A DNA stretch of 64,000 nt from Selaginella moellendorffii (lineage: Eukaryota; Plantae; Lycopodiophyta), in contig NW_003314339.1 in assembly GCF_000143415.4 (NCBI RefSeq), positions 241,751 to 305,750 of the forward strand, given 5' to 3'. This document shows, piece after piece, positions 1 through 11,900 of this stretch (the stretch's first letter is position 1; every line of letters begins with the position of its first letter). The notes below the pieces were generated by a model. The model ran no database searches. It was not told the DNA's origin and saw only the letters and a list, made by a program, of their open reading frames with translations. Made by a program: the position numbers and the translations under genes.

Positions 1-3000
1 GGCAACTTCCAGAAGTGAATCGTGTTGTCCACCACTTGCTCCGCGCCAACCCCCTGTGCTATCCATTTCTGCCACAGCTTCGGAATCTCCTCTCTCGCCT
101 CCTCTCGTGATGTCAGTAGTCCATTCCGCGCTTCCTTGACTGCATAGGAGAAAAAGCTTCCTGTCCCTCGTCGCCATGCAGCAGGGTCCCAGTCCAGATC
201 TTCTAGTAGCTGCTGTCGCCACCATATCAGTGATCCATCGCCCTCCAGCAGGTCTTCTGAGTCCACCACGTCCAGCCTCTTGGGTGAGTGCCTAAGCACA
301 CGAATCCTCCCACGTACCTCATCGTCCGTGACGTCTGGCATCTCTTGTCTCTCACCCATCGGGAGAAGCGTGTCTCCTCTCGTGATGCGAAACGGCAGTC
401 CTATGTTGAGCTCTGGTGCGGCAACGAACCACACCTCAATGTCCCCTTCTTCCCATGCTGGTGTAGGTGCGGTGAATGCTCGAGTCCACGTCCCTAGCGG
501 ACATCGCACAGCATCGTGTTCCTCCCACTCTGTTTGCCGCTGGATCGCCACAAAGTCCCCTGCTTGAAGGCATCTTCTCGGCCACTTCGTCCCTGCTTTC
601 GTGTTGTTCACCACTCGGAGGAGTCGCAGAATGTCCAGCAGGATGTTACGTCGCTTCCAAGGTCCAAACACTTGAGTCCTTCTCGCTGTTCGCCACCAAT
701 CCCTATCAATCACTCCCGTCAGCTGCTTCATTGTCCGGAATCCATTTGCGTGCATTTTCCTCCAGATCGTGTGGTGTGTCTCTCGTCCTAGTGTCACACC
801 TCCCTCTTTGAACAGTGCATTGAAAAACAAAGGCTGGTTGAGCCACTCCTCGGCCCTGGTCGGTGGTGTTTGCTCCAGCGGAAAGGCTCTCCACAGTCGA
901 TGAAGGCTCTGGACGAAGTTGCCCCCCTTCACTACCTGCGTCGGTCCTTCTGCGAAGAGCCACCGTGGGTCCTCCTCCCACGGTTTGGCTGCATTGTGTT
1001 TGGGGCGTATCGCTAGGAGGCTCTGCCGAAACATGAGTCGCCACGGCTGTCTCCCCTGTTGCAAGCCCATGAGAAAAATCTTGTACCTCATCGCCTTCGC
1101 CATGTCGCTGGGGTCAATGATCCCTAGGCCCCCTAGAATGCGCGGCCTCGCTGTAGATTGCCACGCCACCTTGGCCATGGTTCGCCCTGTAGCCAATGCT
1201 CCACGCCATACGTAGGTCCGCACCATCTGTCTCACCTTCTGCAGTGTAGTTTCCAGCACCGGCCAAATCGAGAGGTGGTACCAGATGCTAGGGAGGATCA
1301 CACTCTTGACCACTACAATCCGGGCTGGGAGTCCGAGTTTCCTCGGTGTCCATTTCTGAACTGCAGTCCGGATCCTCCTGAGAAGCGTATCATCCTGTGT
1401 AGCCGCATTGTACCGGGTCCCAACCTGGATGCCGAGGTACCGAGTGTCTTCGCCGGGGCGAAGCCACTGAAAGCCTATCTCCTGTCCCCAGGTCTCAATG
1501 CCTGGCTCTCCCCAGTTCACGCCTACTGACTTGTTCCAGTTTATGGCTGCCCCCGCTGCCCTGTTGAAGATCTCCAGCTTGGACCTTGCTGCGTCCAGAT
1601 TCCTCGGGGTGGCAAGTAGGAAGAGTGTGGTGTCATCTGCAAATGCCCCGTCTTGCAGCTCTTGTGTCACAACTTGAGTTCCTGGGAGTTGTAGCCGTTC
1701 AGAGGGCAGCACCAGGCCTTTTACATCCTCTCCATGCGCGAGGAAAGAGCCCAGTGTTTCTGCTACTATCAGGAACAGGTAGGGGGCAAGTGGACATCCC
1801 TGTCTCACTGAGCGTCCCAAGTGGAAGGTCGGGCCTATCTCTCCATTCAGTGTGACCCGGCTTGTAGCTCCCCTATAGAGAAGTGAAATACGCGAGACAG
1901 TCCTTGCCGGGATCCCTATCCTCCGCATGCAATCCTCCAAGAAGTCCCAATCAACTCGATCATAGGCCTTCTCAAAGTCTAGTAGCCATGCTACAATCTG
2001 TTGATTTGAGACGTTTGCCCACCTCTGTGCCAGGAGGTACGTCCATATGTTTTCTGCGATCTGTCGTCCCGGCACAAATCCAGTTTGCTGTTCTCTGATG
2101 ATGAGGGGCATGACTGGTTGCAGCTTGAGTGCCATCGCCTTTGCGTATATCTTGTACGACGTGTTGAGCATGGTTATGGGGCGCCAGTTCCTGAGTTCTT
2201 GGAGGTCACCCCGTTTCGGAATCAATGCGATTTGTCCCTCTAGTATCTCTCCTGGCAGCATCCCTGTTTTCTGTGCGTCTCGCCATGTCTCTAGGAGCAT
2301 CAGGCCAACGTCGTCCCAATACTCCTCATAGAATGCCGGAAGGAGGCCGTCCATACCTGGCATCTTGTCATCGTTCAGCTGCTCCAGGGCCCGATGGAGG
2401 TCTTCCAATGAAAAGTCGGCCACCAACATCTCCAGGTACTCGCCGGGAACTCTGCGTGGGAGAGTAGACAGCACTCTGCCTGCGGCGTCTCTCCTATCCG
2501 GGGACCAGGGCTGGGCCGTGTACAGCTTCTGGTAAAACTCCTGGGCCAGCCCCTGCATTCCCTGTTGGTCCTCGACCACTTCTCCATCGTCCTTCTTCAG
2601 TCCTAGGATCGGGGGGGAGTCGGTGACTGGACGGATCCCTTTGTAGAATGCTTTGTTGAGAAGCCGTTCATTCATCACCCAGCTATCCTCCATGGATCGG
2701 AGTCCAGCACTCCATGCTGCATATTCTTTGTCCCGCAGCTCTGCTTCTCTCTCATCCAGTGTTGCTGTCCATCTGGCCTTGTCGTTTGCATGTAGGACCA
2801 TTCTCTGGGCCGCCGCCACCTTTTGTCTCGCCAGTCTCACCTCTTTCAGGACTTCCCCTTTGAGAGCCGCTTGCCTTTCCCGGAGCTTAGTGGAGCAGGT
2901 GCCTAGTGCCAAGACAAGTTCCCCTTTGCTGCTGTCTAGTGTTTCCTGGACGAGCTTCACTGCTACCGGGTCAACCATTGTGGCTTTGCTGATCTTCCTC

Positions 3001-3779
3001 TGCACCGCTGTTCCTTTCACTGCCTGTAGCTTGAGAATGCCTCGGAGTGGGTCGTGGTCTGAAAAGGTGGCAAACGCGGGCCACGTTTTGAGTCCCCCTC
3101 CGTCTTGTCGCAGCCTGGTGGAAGCGTAAATCCTGTCCAGTCGAGCTTGGCACCCTGTCGATTGGCGTCTCGTGAATGGGTGAGAGTGTGCAGCGAACCC
3201 CTCTGCGTGCTGGAGGTCCAAGACTCCCAAGGCTTCGACTAGCGCTGTCCAATTCTTTCTCTCTCTCCCCTGTATGGTTTCCAGTGAACCTCGCCGGTCA
3301 CTCAAACCCTCCACCATGTTGAAGTCTCCTACCACAAGCCACTCGTCCGCTACCTCTTGAGTGCTCTGCTGGATATCTGTCCACATTCGTGCGCGCTCCC
3401 TTCTTCGAGTGGGTGCATACACGTTGACAATCCCAACACGTCCAAAGTGTAGGTGTATGACCAACAGCTGTGCTTTCCCTGGGACCAGCACCCTGTGGTC
3501 ACGTACCTGCGCTGACCACTTGGTAGAGACGATGATCGCTGTTCCTCCTCCACACCGTATTCTCACTTGCGTGGCCGGATTCCACCAAATTCTCCCATGC
3601 ATGCCCAAATTGAAGTCTGGAGCCTTCACCATCTTGTGCTCTTGGATGCACAGAATGTCGATCCTCCCCTCTAAGCCAATCTCCCGGATGTGGGACTTGA
3701 GCTGTACTCTCTTGTTGAGTCTACTGTCCTCAGAGCTGAGTCCCCGACAGTTCCACGTGAGCACTGTGAGCGTGGTCAT
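1..3779 (-). CDS. LINE ORF2: AP-endonuclease + reverse transcriptase (runs off window start)
   Basis: Manual translation from ATG at 3779: MTTLTVLTWNCRGL...IDILCIQEHK (APE), WRPITMLNTSYKI, SVRQGCPLAPYLF (~1770-1810), GAFADDTTLF (~1620-1650). The track lists no stop-terminated ORF in this frame, consistent with an open frame to the edge. Confidence 0.93.
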   Translation of the reverse strand, partial: MTTLTVLTWNCRGLSSEDSRLNKRVQLKSHIREIGLEGRIDILCIQEHKMVKAPDFNLGMHGRIWWNPATQVRIRCGGGTAIIVSTKWSAQVRDHRVLVPGKAQLLVIHLHFGRVGIVNVYAPTRRRERARMWTDIQQSTQEVADEWLVVGDFNMVEGLSDRRGSLETIQGRERKNWTALVEALGVLDLQHAEGFAAHSHPFTRRQSTGCQARLDRIYASTRLRQDGGGLKTWPAFATFSDHDPLRGILKLQAVKGTAVQRKISKATMVDPVAVKLVQETLDSSKGELVLALGTCSTKLRERQAALKGEVLKEVRLARQKVAAAQRMVLHANDKARWTATLDEREAELRDKEYAAWSAGLRSMEDSWVMNERLLNKAFYKGIRPVTDSPPILGLKKDDGEVVEDQQGMQGLAQEFYQKLYTAQPWSPDRRDAAGRVLSTLPRRVPGEYLEMLVADFSLEDLHRALEQLNDDKMPGMDGLLPAFYEEYWDDVGLMLLETWRDAQKTGMLPGEILEGQIALIPKRGDLQELRNWRPITMLNTSYKIYAKAMALKLQPVMPLIIREQQTGFVPGRQIAENIWTYLLAQRWANVSNQQIVAWLLDFEKAYDRVDWDFLEDCMRRIGIPARTVSRISLLYRGATSRVTLNGEIGPTFHLGRSVRQGCPLAPYLFLIVAETLGSFLAHGEDVKGLVLPSERLQLPGTQVVTQELQDGAFADDTTLFLLATPRNLDAARSKLEIFNRAAGAAINWNKSVGVNWGEPGIETWGQEIGFQWLRPGEDTRYLGIQVGTRYNAATQDDTLLRRIRTAVQKWTPRKLGLPARIVVVKSVILPSIWYHLSIWPVLETTLQKVRQMVRTYVWRGALATGRTMAKVAWQSTARPRILGGLGIIDPSDMAKAMRYKIFLMGLQQGRQPWRLMFRQSLLAIRPKHNAAKPWEEDPRWLFAEGPTQVVKGGNFVQSLHRLWRAFPLEQTPPTRAEEWLNQPLFFNALFKEGGVTLGRETHHTIWRKMHANGFRTMKQLTGVIDRDWWRTARRTQVFGPWKRRNILLDILRLLRVVNNTKAGTKWPRRCLQAGDFVAIQRQTEWEEHDAVRCPLGTWTRAFTAPTPAWEEGDIEVWFVAAPELNIGLPFRITRGDTLLPMGERQEMPDVTDDEVRGRIRVLRHSPKRLDVVDSEDLLEGDGSLIWWRQQLLEDLDWDPAAWRRGTGSFFSYAVKEARNGLLTSREEAREEIPKLWQKWIAQGVGAEQVVDNTIHFWKL

Positions 3780-6700
3780 GGAGCAACGTACTTCCAAGAG
3801 AAAACCGTGCTGCTAGGCCTCGCCCTCCATTCCGAGGAGATGGTCCATACTGCAGTGAGCCTCCCCCTGTACTTAGTCCAAGAGAAGCCCCGCACTGCGT
3901 ATTCTGAAAATCCCGTCCACTCAGTGATGGCACGTTCCATTCGGGTCTGGTAATCGCCAAGCGTGATGACCTCTGGGAAGGCCGTGTGCCCTCGGTACAT
4001 CAGCCAGTCTCCCGCCTCTGTGGTTGTTAATTCTCTCCTGGGTGGGATCCATCTGACTGCCATGTTCACAGTCCGAGGAAGAACCTGCTGAAAGCCTTCT
4101 CCGTCCTTTTCAGCAATCGGGCTCTCGAACATTCTGGGCCGTGAATCAGGTCCCGAGAAAGGTGGTGCGCTTGGGAACCGGATGTGTGGAGCCTGCTCTG
4201 GAGGACGCTGCTTCAGCTGCTTCTCCACGGCCTCTGGGAGTTCAAAGGGACGTCCTGGAGCAAGCTTGGGTCGTTTGGTCGTGCACGCATTCTCGCTGTG
4301 GCCCGACTGTAGGCACCAACCACAGCGTGGTGCTGCGTTTTCCACCTGTATACGAACGTACTGTCCCAGGACTGCTATCTCCGTAGGGAGTTCTGCTGGG
4401 GATGAGACAAAGACCTTAAGTCTCACAGGGCCCAGAATGCCCTCCGCATCCACGGTGTCTAGTCCCGAGGCGATCTGCCCGATGCTTCCCTCGACGAGCT
4501 CTCGTATCACCTCTTTAATCCTCATCTCCATTGGGATGTCCCACAGTGCCACGTTAAGTGGGACACTTCCCCCCTTCAGCCGTGCCTGGTCATCTGCCGT
4601 GAACCTTGGAATCCACGGGTGGAAGGACACCGCCCAGCTATCATCGATAAGTCCATGCAGCTCCTCTGCTCGAGCCCGCGCCCCCTCTGTCTCAAACACC
4701 ACTGTGTAGCATCCACGACCATGTGGGAGCAAGTTCTTGATTGTGATCCCCTGCTCCATCGTAGCATTCAGCCAGTCCATGGCCATGCGGCCAGTGGGAA
4801 ACTTCCCCCTGAATACTGCAATCACTGCTCTATGTTGTAGTTCTTCTTCCCTAGCCGCCACCACCTGGCTGAGAGCCTCGCCCAGCTTGACTGCCTTTGC
4901 CATCCCCTTGGCACCTAGCGCTGTTCCAGCTCGTTTCCCTGACTCTCCGGCGTGAGGCTTCGTCTTAGAGGCTTCTGTGTGTGGGATTTCCTTTACCACC
5001 TTTCCTTGTGCAGGGCAGCCTTCTTGTTCTTGCTCAACTCTCAAGTCCCCTTGCTCCCCTGGGTCCTCCGGGCCTTGGTGTGGTGTGGTCCGACACTTGT
5101 CCTCCACCTTTTCCCACCCACGTCCTGCCAAGGCTCCCTGTGCTTTTTCTTTTGCTGTGCTACCCTTCTGCTGCTCCTGGTCCTCCTCAGAACACGTTTC
5201 CTCCTCGTGGAGGAACTCCTCCACCTCTTTTGCCCATGCGAGGGCCTCCTTTGAACTACTTTGGGACTTTAACTTCCTACGCGCCACCTTGCGTTCTTTC
5301 TTTTTCTCCGTCTTGTTCTTTTTGGCCTCTCTTTCCCTCTCCTGTCCCATTCGCTTCATCTCCTCCTCCTGTTCTTCCAGCAGTAGCGCCAGAGGCTTCG
5401 CTCTGTTCCCCAGAATCGATTCCTCCTTTTGCGTCTCCACCTTTTTGCTGGCTTCCGGGATCTCCTTGTCTTGGTCTCTTTGTTGTTCCACTTCCTGTTC
5501 CCCTTGTTCCTTCCACGTGCTTGTAACTTCCTCTTGCACTTTAGCTTGTCGGGCCTCCTGGCTGTTTGTGTACTCTTGTTCTTTTGGTGTGACTAGTGCC
5601 TGAGTCGCGAGATCGAGGGCTTCCCTGAGAGCGGGGCCAAGATTTCGGTCTTCTCCCTTGGGGTGAGTCTCCTGGTGCCATACTTCAGCAGTGAGTATGT
5701 CTTGGTGGAGCTGAACTTCGTTCTGAGTGGCCTCCCGCAAAGCCTTTGCAAAGGTTTGAGGATCCCATTGCAGCAGTCCTTCCTCTGTTTGGTGTGGCAT
5801 ACATTGTTGCAGCACCGATAGCTGGGGCTCATGGTCAGGCTGATGACTGGGAGATGTCCTGCTCTTAAGTCGAGATCCTACCGACTTCACCGGAGAGCCC
5901 GGTAGAGATGTTCTCACTTTGTTGGTCAGATCCGAGAGGCACCTGTGAGAAAACTTCTGGCTGAGTGGCCCTCTCTTGGACTGGCCCTGGCTTTCACTTG
6001 AGGCCTTGGTGAGGCAGCGGCTCACCTCTTCCCCCTGGACTGGCTCCTTTGCCTCTGTCCTGTGTGCCTCTGGCGTTTCCTTGTGCCCCCTCGTTTGGTC
6101 ATTTGGCGTCTCCAAGCCCTTCTCTCCTTCTGGATCCGCTCTTGACTCTTGTGCATGACAACCTATTGGTATCTCCACAACCGTGGCTGCCCTCATTGCT
6201 GCTGCCGCTGCCCTAGTGGTGACGCCGCTCCTGTTCTTACTTGGATTAGGGCATGTCCTACCTTTGGTTTTTCCATAGGCCGTCTTCCCCACGTTGAGAG
6301 CCACTCTACGTCCCATGCACTCAGTGATGGGGGTGAGGAAGTTCAAGTCTAGAGCTCTGCTTGTGGCCACCTCTTCCCGTGGTCCATCTCCACTGGCTAG
6401 ATCCCCCGAGCCTAGGAATCCACTTACTTCCTGTACTTCTCTGTTCAGCGCACAGCTTTGTTGTACTGGGGAACCATGCTGCGTGGGTGGTGAGGCTGGT
6501 TGAGACGTCCCTGGCCCCGATCCTTGTGCCCTTGAAGGCTTCTGCTCTCCTGCGCCGTCACTGCTCCTGCGCAGCTCCTCTTCTAGTGACTTGTGCATCG
6601 CCACCCCTGTGTTTCCAGGTAGGATCACCTCGTCCATTGCTTCATCTTCTTCCTGTTGGTTCCCAAGACGTCCTGAACCAGGCTCAAGGACTGTATCTGG

Positions 6701-7192
6701 TGCTGGTGGCTCCTCCTTCGTTGCCAAGCTACTTCTGTGTGCACCACCGTCCTGTTTCAGTGAGGCTAGCTTTTCCAGCGTGTCCTTTGGTGTGTTTGCC
6801 AGTTCTTTGAGAAGCTGATGAGCGTGCTGAGCCTTGATCATCATCTCCCTGGTACCCTGCACGACTTCTTCATGAAGATCCATGGCTGCGCACTCTGCAA
6901 GGTAGTCACTGTCCGTGTGGTGTGATTTCTGCCTCGAGCCTGTTTGATCACTGATTGTGTGCTCACTGCTTCCTGCCGTGCCACTTGAACCTAGCTTCTC
7001 ACTGTCCCTTGGAGAGCCCAGCGATGTCCTCTTGCCAGCGATTGGGGTTTTGCTGTTGGCGGCTCTTCCCTTCAGCATCCCTCCCTGGGGCAGTCGGATA
7101 CTGAGGCCGCGGCCTCGAGTGCCCCTTCCAAGTGTGAACGGCTGAGGCTTGGCTCGTCCTCCACTGTTACTGGGTGCTGGACGACGTTCCAT
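3776..7192 (-). CDS. LINE ORF1 (low-complexity/coiled-coil N-terminus, RRM-like region, CCHC zinc knuckle)
   Basis: Track ORF 3776..7381; first in-frame ATG at 7192 (MERRPAP). CGWCLQSGHSENAC = CX2CX4HX4C. Lies directly upstream of ORF2. Confidence 0.9.
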   Translation of the reverse strand: MERRPAPSNSGGRAKPQPFTLGRGTRGRGLSIRLPQGGMLKGRAANSKTPIAGKRTSLGSPRDSEKLGSSGTAGSSEHTISDQTGSRQKSHHTDSDYLAECAAMDLHEEVVQGTREMMIKAQHAHQLLKELANTPKDTLEKLASLKQDGGAHRSSLATKEEPPAPDTVLEPGSGRLGNQQEEDEAMDEVILPGNTGVAMHKSLEEELRRSSDGAGEQKPSRAQGSGPGTSQPASPPTQHGSPVQQSCALNREVQEVSGFLGSGDLASGDGPREEVATSRALDLNFLTPITECMGRRVALNVGKTAYGKTKGRTCPNPSKNRSGVTTRAAAAAMRAATVVEIPIGCHAQESRADPEGEKGLETPNDQTRGHKETPEAHRTEAKEPVQGEEVSRCLTKASSESQGQSKRGPLSQKFSHRCLSDLTNKVRTSLPGSPVKSVGSRLKSRTSPSHQPDHEPQLSVLQQCMPHQTEEGLLQWDPQTFAKALREATQNEVQLHQDILTAEVWHQETHPKGEDRNLGPALREALDLATQALVTPKEQEYTNSQEARQAKVQEEVTSTWKEQGEQEVEQQRDQDKEIPEASKKVETQKEESILGNRAKPLALLLEEQEEEMKRMGQEREREAKKNKTEKKKERKVARRKLKSQSSSKEALAWAKEVEEFLHEEETCSEEDQEQQKGSTAKEKAQGALAGRGWEKVEDKCRTTPHQGPEDPGEQGDLRVEQEQEGCPAQGKVVKEIPHTEASKTKPHAGESGKRAGTALGAKGMAKAVKLGEALSQVVAAREEELQHRAVIAVFRGKFPTGRMAMDWLNATMEQGITIKNLLPHGRGCYTVVFETEGARARAEELHGLIDDSWAVSFHPWIPRFTADDQARLKGGSVPLNVALWDIPMEMRIKEVIRELVEGSIGQIASGLDTVDAEGILGPVRLKVFVSSPAELPTEIAVLGQYVRIQVENAAPRCGWCLQSGHSENACTTKRPKLAPGRPFELPEAVEKQLKQRPPEQAPHIRFPSAPPFSGPDSRPRMFESPIAEKDGEGFQQVLPRTVNMAVRWIPPRRELTTTEAGDWLMYRGHTAFPEVITLGDYQTRMERAITEWTGFSEYAVRGFSWTKYRGRLTAVWTISSEWRARPSSTVFSWKYVAP

Positions 7193-7425
7193 CCTGGACA
7201 CAGCAGTGTAAAAGAAAAAACAGAGAGATTCTGGAGTGATTCTTCCCTGAATCTCGCGGCGGATGCCCCCGCCGTCGGTAGCAAGTGCGGGGAGATTGGG
7301 CGCTCTCCCCTTTGCGCTCTCCCTCCTCTGACCGTGCCTCCGATCACGGCAGCCATGGTGCTGGACGCTGTGCTCCTCCACGCCCTAACACGCCAATCAT
7401 TTTTTTTTTTTTTTTTTTTTTTTTT

Positions 7426-8950
7426 GGTTCCGCTTTGACTTCCGCTTTGACCACTACTATATGGCATATTTTTTGCTCCACATTGGGGCTTAGGGATTTG
7501 TGTCTCATAACAAACTCTAACTTGGTCCTACATAGGTTCAATTACTTACTGTATAAGTAATAGAGTGTTACCCAACTCTTCATAGATTCCCAAACTCTTT
7601 CTTAACCCCCCCCCCCCCCCCCCCCCCCCAGGTTAGATTAGACTCAAGGTTCAGCTACAATCCTCATAGACACAAGCAGCTAAGCACACTAAGTCTCCAA
7701 ATTTTTAATATCCTGTGGTACATAAGATTTTTTTATAAAACCCTCTAAATCCCAAGCCTTAGATGTATCTCTTTGTTCAGGATGCCAAGGGAAAACACTA
7801 TGGCCTAACAGCCTAGTATGGGTACCCCAACTCCCCACTTTTGTCCCAAATGGAAGTCCTAAGCCCTTAGGAAGGGGGCGAGGCCTAATGAGCCTTATGG
7901 TACTCAAGTGGGCAACCACTCCACCTAAATCAAGAGCATTGCAATTGATTTTCCTTTGAGGAGTGAGAGTTGCTTTTGAGCACTTCCTTGAGAAGCCTCA
8001 TTGGCCATTCTCAAGCCCATGCTCACTTATACCCAAGGTTACTAACCCCTAGTCTCAACCCCAATTTAGTTTGAAAGCACCACTAGAAAGTTCTTTCAAA
8101 ATTGAATCCTTAACCTCAGTATCCCTATTATACTTTTGGATGGTAGTGGTTTTGACTTTATACTTATGGTATTATTATAGGATAACCACGAAACAGTTGG
8201 ACACATATATATATATATATATATATAGAAGAAACTACATTATCTATTTTACTTTAGTCATTTACTTTCACTTTTGACCACTTGAAGGAGTTTCATTTAC
8301 AACCTCTTTGGGTCCTCATCCAAGCTTAGGGTATTCTCTAAGCCCCAAAGGTAGCCTCAAAGCCATATTACCTTCACACTTAGTTCATTAGTAGTTTAAG
8401 ACCACCTATGCCACAAACTTGTTTCTCCAAAACAAGACCATTCATTCCATAAATGATTTCCTTATGACCACTTGTTAACATTTTTAAGATGCTCTTAGAT
8501 CTAAGAGAATACCATCCTTCAATATCTTTTCCTACTAAGTCCCTCTTCAATCAGAGAAGTGCTTATCAACACCACTATTGGGTTAGGGCCTAGAGGCCCC
8601 TCCAATAACTTTCACTGACCTTTAAGACTTCCTCACTATATAATTATACTCTTAATTACTAAGTAAGAGGGCCATTCTTTTTCATTTCCATAATCAAGGA
8701 TCTTGAAACAATATTTTGAAACATTACAACCTAACATAAATGCTTACTCTCCCCACCTTCAGCCACTAGGGTGTTTCAACCACTAGGGTGCCTTAACCAC
8801 ATGGCTAGAATGAGGTTTCAATGAATGACATAAAGTATCTAAGTAGTGCCACCCATAATTAAATTGGGAGCATCAACCATTTAATCTCTTGAAGGAGATA
8901 AAGTCAAATTTTGAACATTTCACTAAATCACCCCATTTGTCCATTTATAT
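7426..8950. mobile_element. Decayed LTR-retroelement fragments (terminus of the same LTR family plus related sequence)
   Basis: 7426-7510 matches the family LTR terminus (...ggggcttagggatttgtgtctcata); poly-C at ~7606-7629; no ORFs. Confidence 0.6.
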
Positions 8951-11900
8951 ATGAAACACAAATTTCTAAGCCCCAAAGTGGAGCCAACAAGGTGCCATGT
9001 GGTAGTGGCCCAAATAGAAGTAAAATAAACGTAACACATTTGGATTAAAAGCTTCGACTCAAAAATTGTGGAGTGAGAGTGAAACTCCCAACAAAGTGCT
9101 TAAAAAATGAAGATGAAACAATCAATGAACAAGCTTCTAGAAAAGGGACACAAGAGGACCAACATATGACACATAGAAGTATTGGGATCGAGTTCGAGAT
9201 GGATCTGAGATAAACTTGAAACAAAGTTCGAGATGGAGTTTGCGTTAGAGTGTCATGAATGTGATTTCAAGTATTGAGAGTTACCTGTCAGCTAGCCAAT
9301 TCTTACGGACACGACGGCAAGAGGTCAGTATTGCTGGATCCTTTATTAGTCCCACTTGTGCTAGTGGAGTTAACTGGGCATTTCGAGTGTACTTAGACCG
9401 AACGAACATAAAGATGGAATTTCTACGTGTTATTAGCTAAGCATAGTTAGCTTGATAAGGAGTTCCCATCTTGTTATATCTTGCATTAGCTAGTAACAAG
9501 AACCCTCGCGTATTGAGATTAGTCCCTTAATATCGCTAGATGATATCTTACTGTGTCTGCCAAACACCCTCGCTATCATGCCTTTTGTATTAGTCTCATT
9601 CTGGTCCCAAATGCTATTTATGAAAAGTGTTTAGATTTACTCATTTGGCATATCTATAGAATGTAAAAATTGTCTTAAACACAATAGTGTTTGTCCTGTG
9701 TCCAAATTCACAATCTAGGGACATTCTATATTTAGCAAGTTTCAAGTTTGTCCCAGAGACCAACTCTTGATACTAAGGGAAACTTGGGGTGAAAGCCCAA
9801 AGCATGTGTTCCTCGGGGGGGGGGGGGGGGGGGGGGGGGTTCCAAATATATAGTAGGGATAGTGGGTAAGTCGGGCATTGCCAACCAACCTGCTACATAG
9901 TTTAACTCCCGTTTGTGTGCTTGTCCTTATTCCGTGTTTAGCTTAGGTTTAAGCCCAAGTTCCATTCTATGCTAGCTGGTGGAGTACCCATATCCTCATG
10001 TTAGGTTACCGATATGTCGAAATAGCACTAGACTTTGTTTGGCTTCGTTTTGCATGCTAGTCTTGGCATTGGGATGCTAGTTGCTCTAGGATTATTCCAA
10101 GTCACTTCATACTTCTGTCCCTTCACTCCTTGGGCTGTATGCTTAGGAATCATTCTATGCTTTAGTATTATTGTTCATTGGCTTTATGCTTGGGAGTTTG
10201 GCTCCATTCCTTTGTTCAATGGCCCAAGGCCCTAAAACTTAGGTTTCATACCACTATCCTTTAGACACATGGCATGTGATACATTGTATATGACATGTGG
10301 CACATGGAGAGTTTAGTTTCCACTTCTGTGGTTATCCTATGGTAAATCACCATAGGATAAAGGGTAAAAACCACGTGCACTAAATTGAGTCCAAGTTGAA
10401 GTTTGAGTTAGAGTCCAAGATAGACTAGAGATGGAGTTTGAGATAGAGTTTAAGAAAGAGTCTGAAATGGACTTGAGATGGAATTCAAGATAGAGTCTGA
10501 GAAGGAAGTCTAAGATAGAGCTTAAGGTCGAGTCTGAGATGGAAACCGAAACCAAGACCAAGACCAAGATCAAGACCAAGTCCAAGACTAAGACCGAGTC
10601 CGAGACTAAATCTGAATTTGAGTCTAAGTTCAAGTCCAAGGGTGAAAGCCCAAAGTGATCATCTCCCAAACCCTAGGGGGTTTGGTGAGCTCCAAAAGGA
10701 TAATAAGGGGAAGACTCTAGTGGAACTAGTTTGGCCAAGAAAAGCTAATGGCTATACCCACAATGTGGGTGATGATATAATTATTAAGGAGTCCAAGGTT
10801 AGAGTGAATATAGATGGACAAGTGGGGTAACTTAGTGAAGTGTTCAAGAGTCGACTCTAGCTCCCTCGGGAGATTGAATGGTCGATTCTCCCAATCCAAG
10901 TGTGGATGGCACTACCTACTTGGATACCTTGCGTGGCTCATTGGAACCTTGCTCTAGCCACATAGCTAAGGATCCTAAGGGTGGAAGGTAGGGAAAGTAC
11001 CCACGAGACTCACATAAAGTCATGGTGTTGTCTCAAAGTCCAAAAGAAAGAAGAGCAATCCCCTTACATAGTGACTAAGGGCATGGTCACTTGGTGAGGA
11101 AGTCTTAGATGTCAATGGGAGTTTGCAGTCGACCATTCAGACCCTAACTCAATAGTGGTGTTGGCAAGCATTATTGTGGACAAAGTGGGACTTAGTAGGG
11201 ACTGATGGAGGGATATTAAGGAAGGGTGTTCCCCATATCTTTGAACATCCTAAGGATACTAAGGTGTGGTCTTGGGTTAACCACTCATGGATGAATGGCC
11301 TAATCTTTGAGAAACGGGACTATGGCACATGTGGTTTTAGACTACTAATGAGACAAAGGTAAATGGATATAGCCTTAGCATAACAGGCTGATATGTTAGT
11401 GGTACCCTAGGGGTGTTAGTCATGGGATCAAACATGTGGAGCACTTGGATTAAGTGCAAAGGCTAAGTTGCATAAATGCCATTCACAGGGCTAACATATC
11501 CCCAAGTCAGGAATAGGACTTATGGAAGTTGTGAGTGATATTAATCCAAGTAGTTAAAGGTGTGGTTAAATGACTAAAGTAGAATGGAAGATTTATTTGC
11601 TTACAATTTGGTATCGAAGCTTTTCCTTAATTTGACTTTTATTGGTGGTCAAGTATATCACCACTTGTATTGGCATTAGGAAGTCCCAAGAGTGCGAGGA
11701 ATAGCATGTTGAGAAGGCATGACTCTCCACTTTAGTTCATACATGACCATGTAGACAATGTGATGGATAGTAAGAAGCCAATAAGAGAACAACTTTTAGA
11801 TTTTAGGAATAATATAAGGTTTTCCTCAAAGAGTTGAAGATGTAATCCATAAAAGCATTTGACTTAGAAAATTGGATACTATAGTTGTAATAAACAACTA

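Larger units (their letters stand above)
1..7400 (-). mobile_element. LINE non-LTR retrotransposon (L1/Tx1-like), 5' end in window, 3' end beyond window start
   Basis: Two long tandem minus-strand ORFs: ORF1 with a zinc knuckle and ORF2 with APE and RT motifs. GC-rich relative to the flank. Ends at a T-run at ~7400-7425. Confidence 0.95.

Noticed and set aside
280-7145. Numerous plus-strand ORFs over the LINE
   Set aside because: Antisense shadows of GC-rich ORF1/ORF2 with no recognisable motifs.
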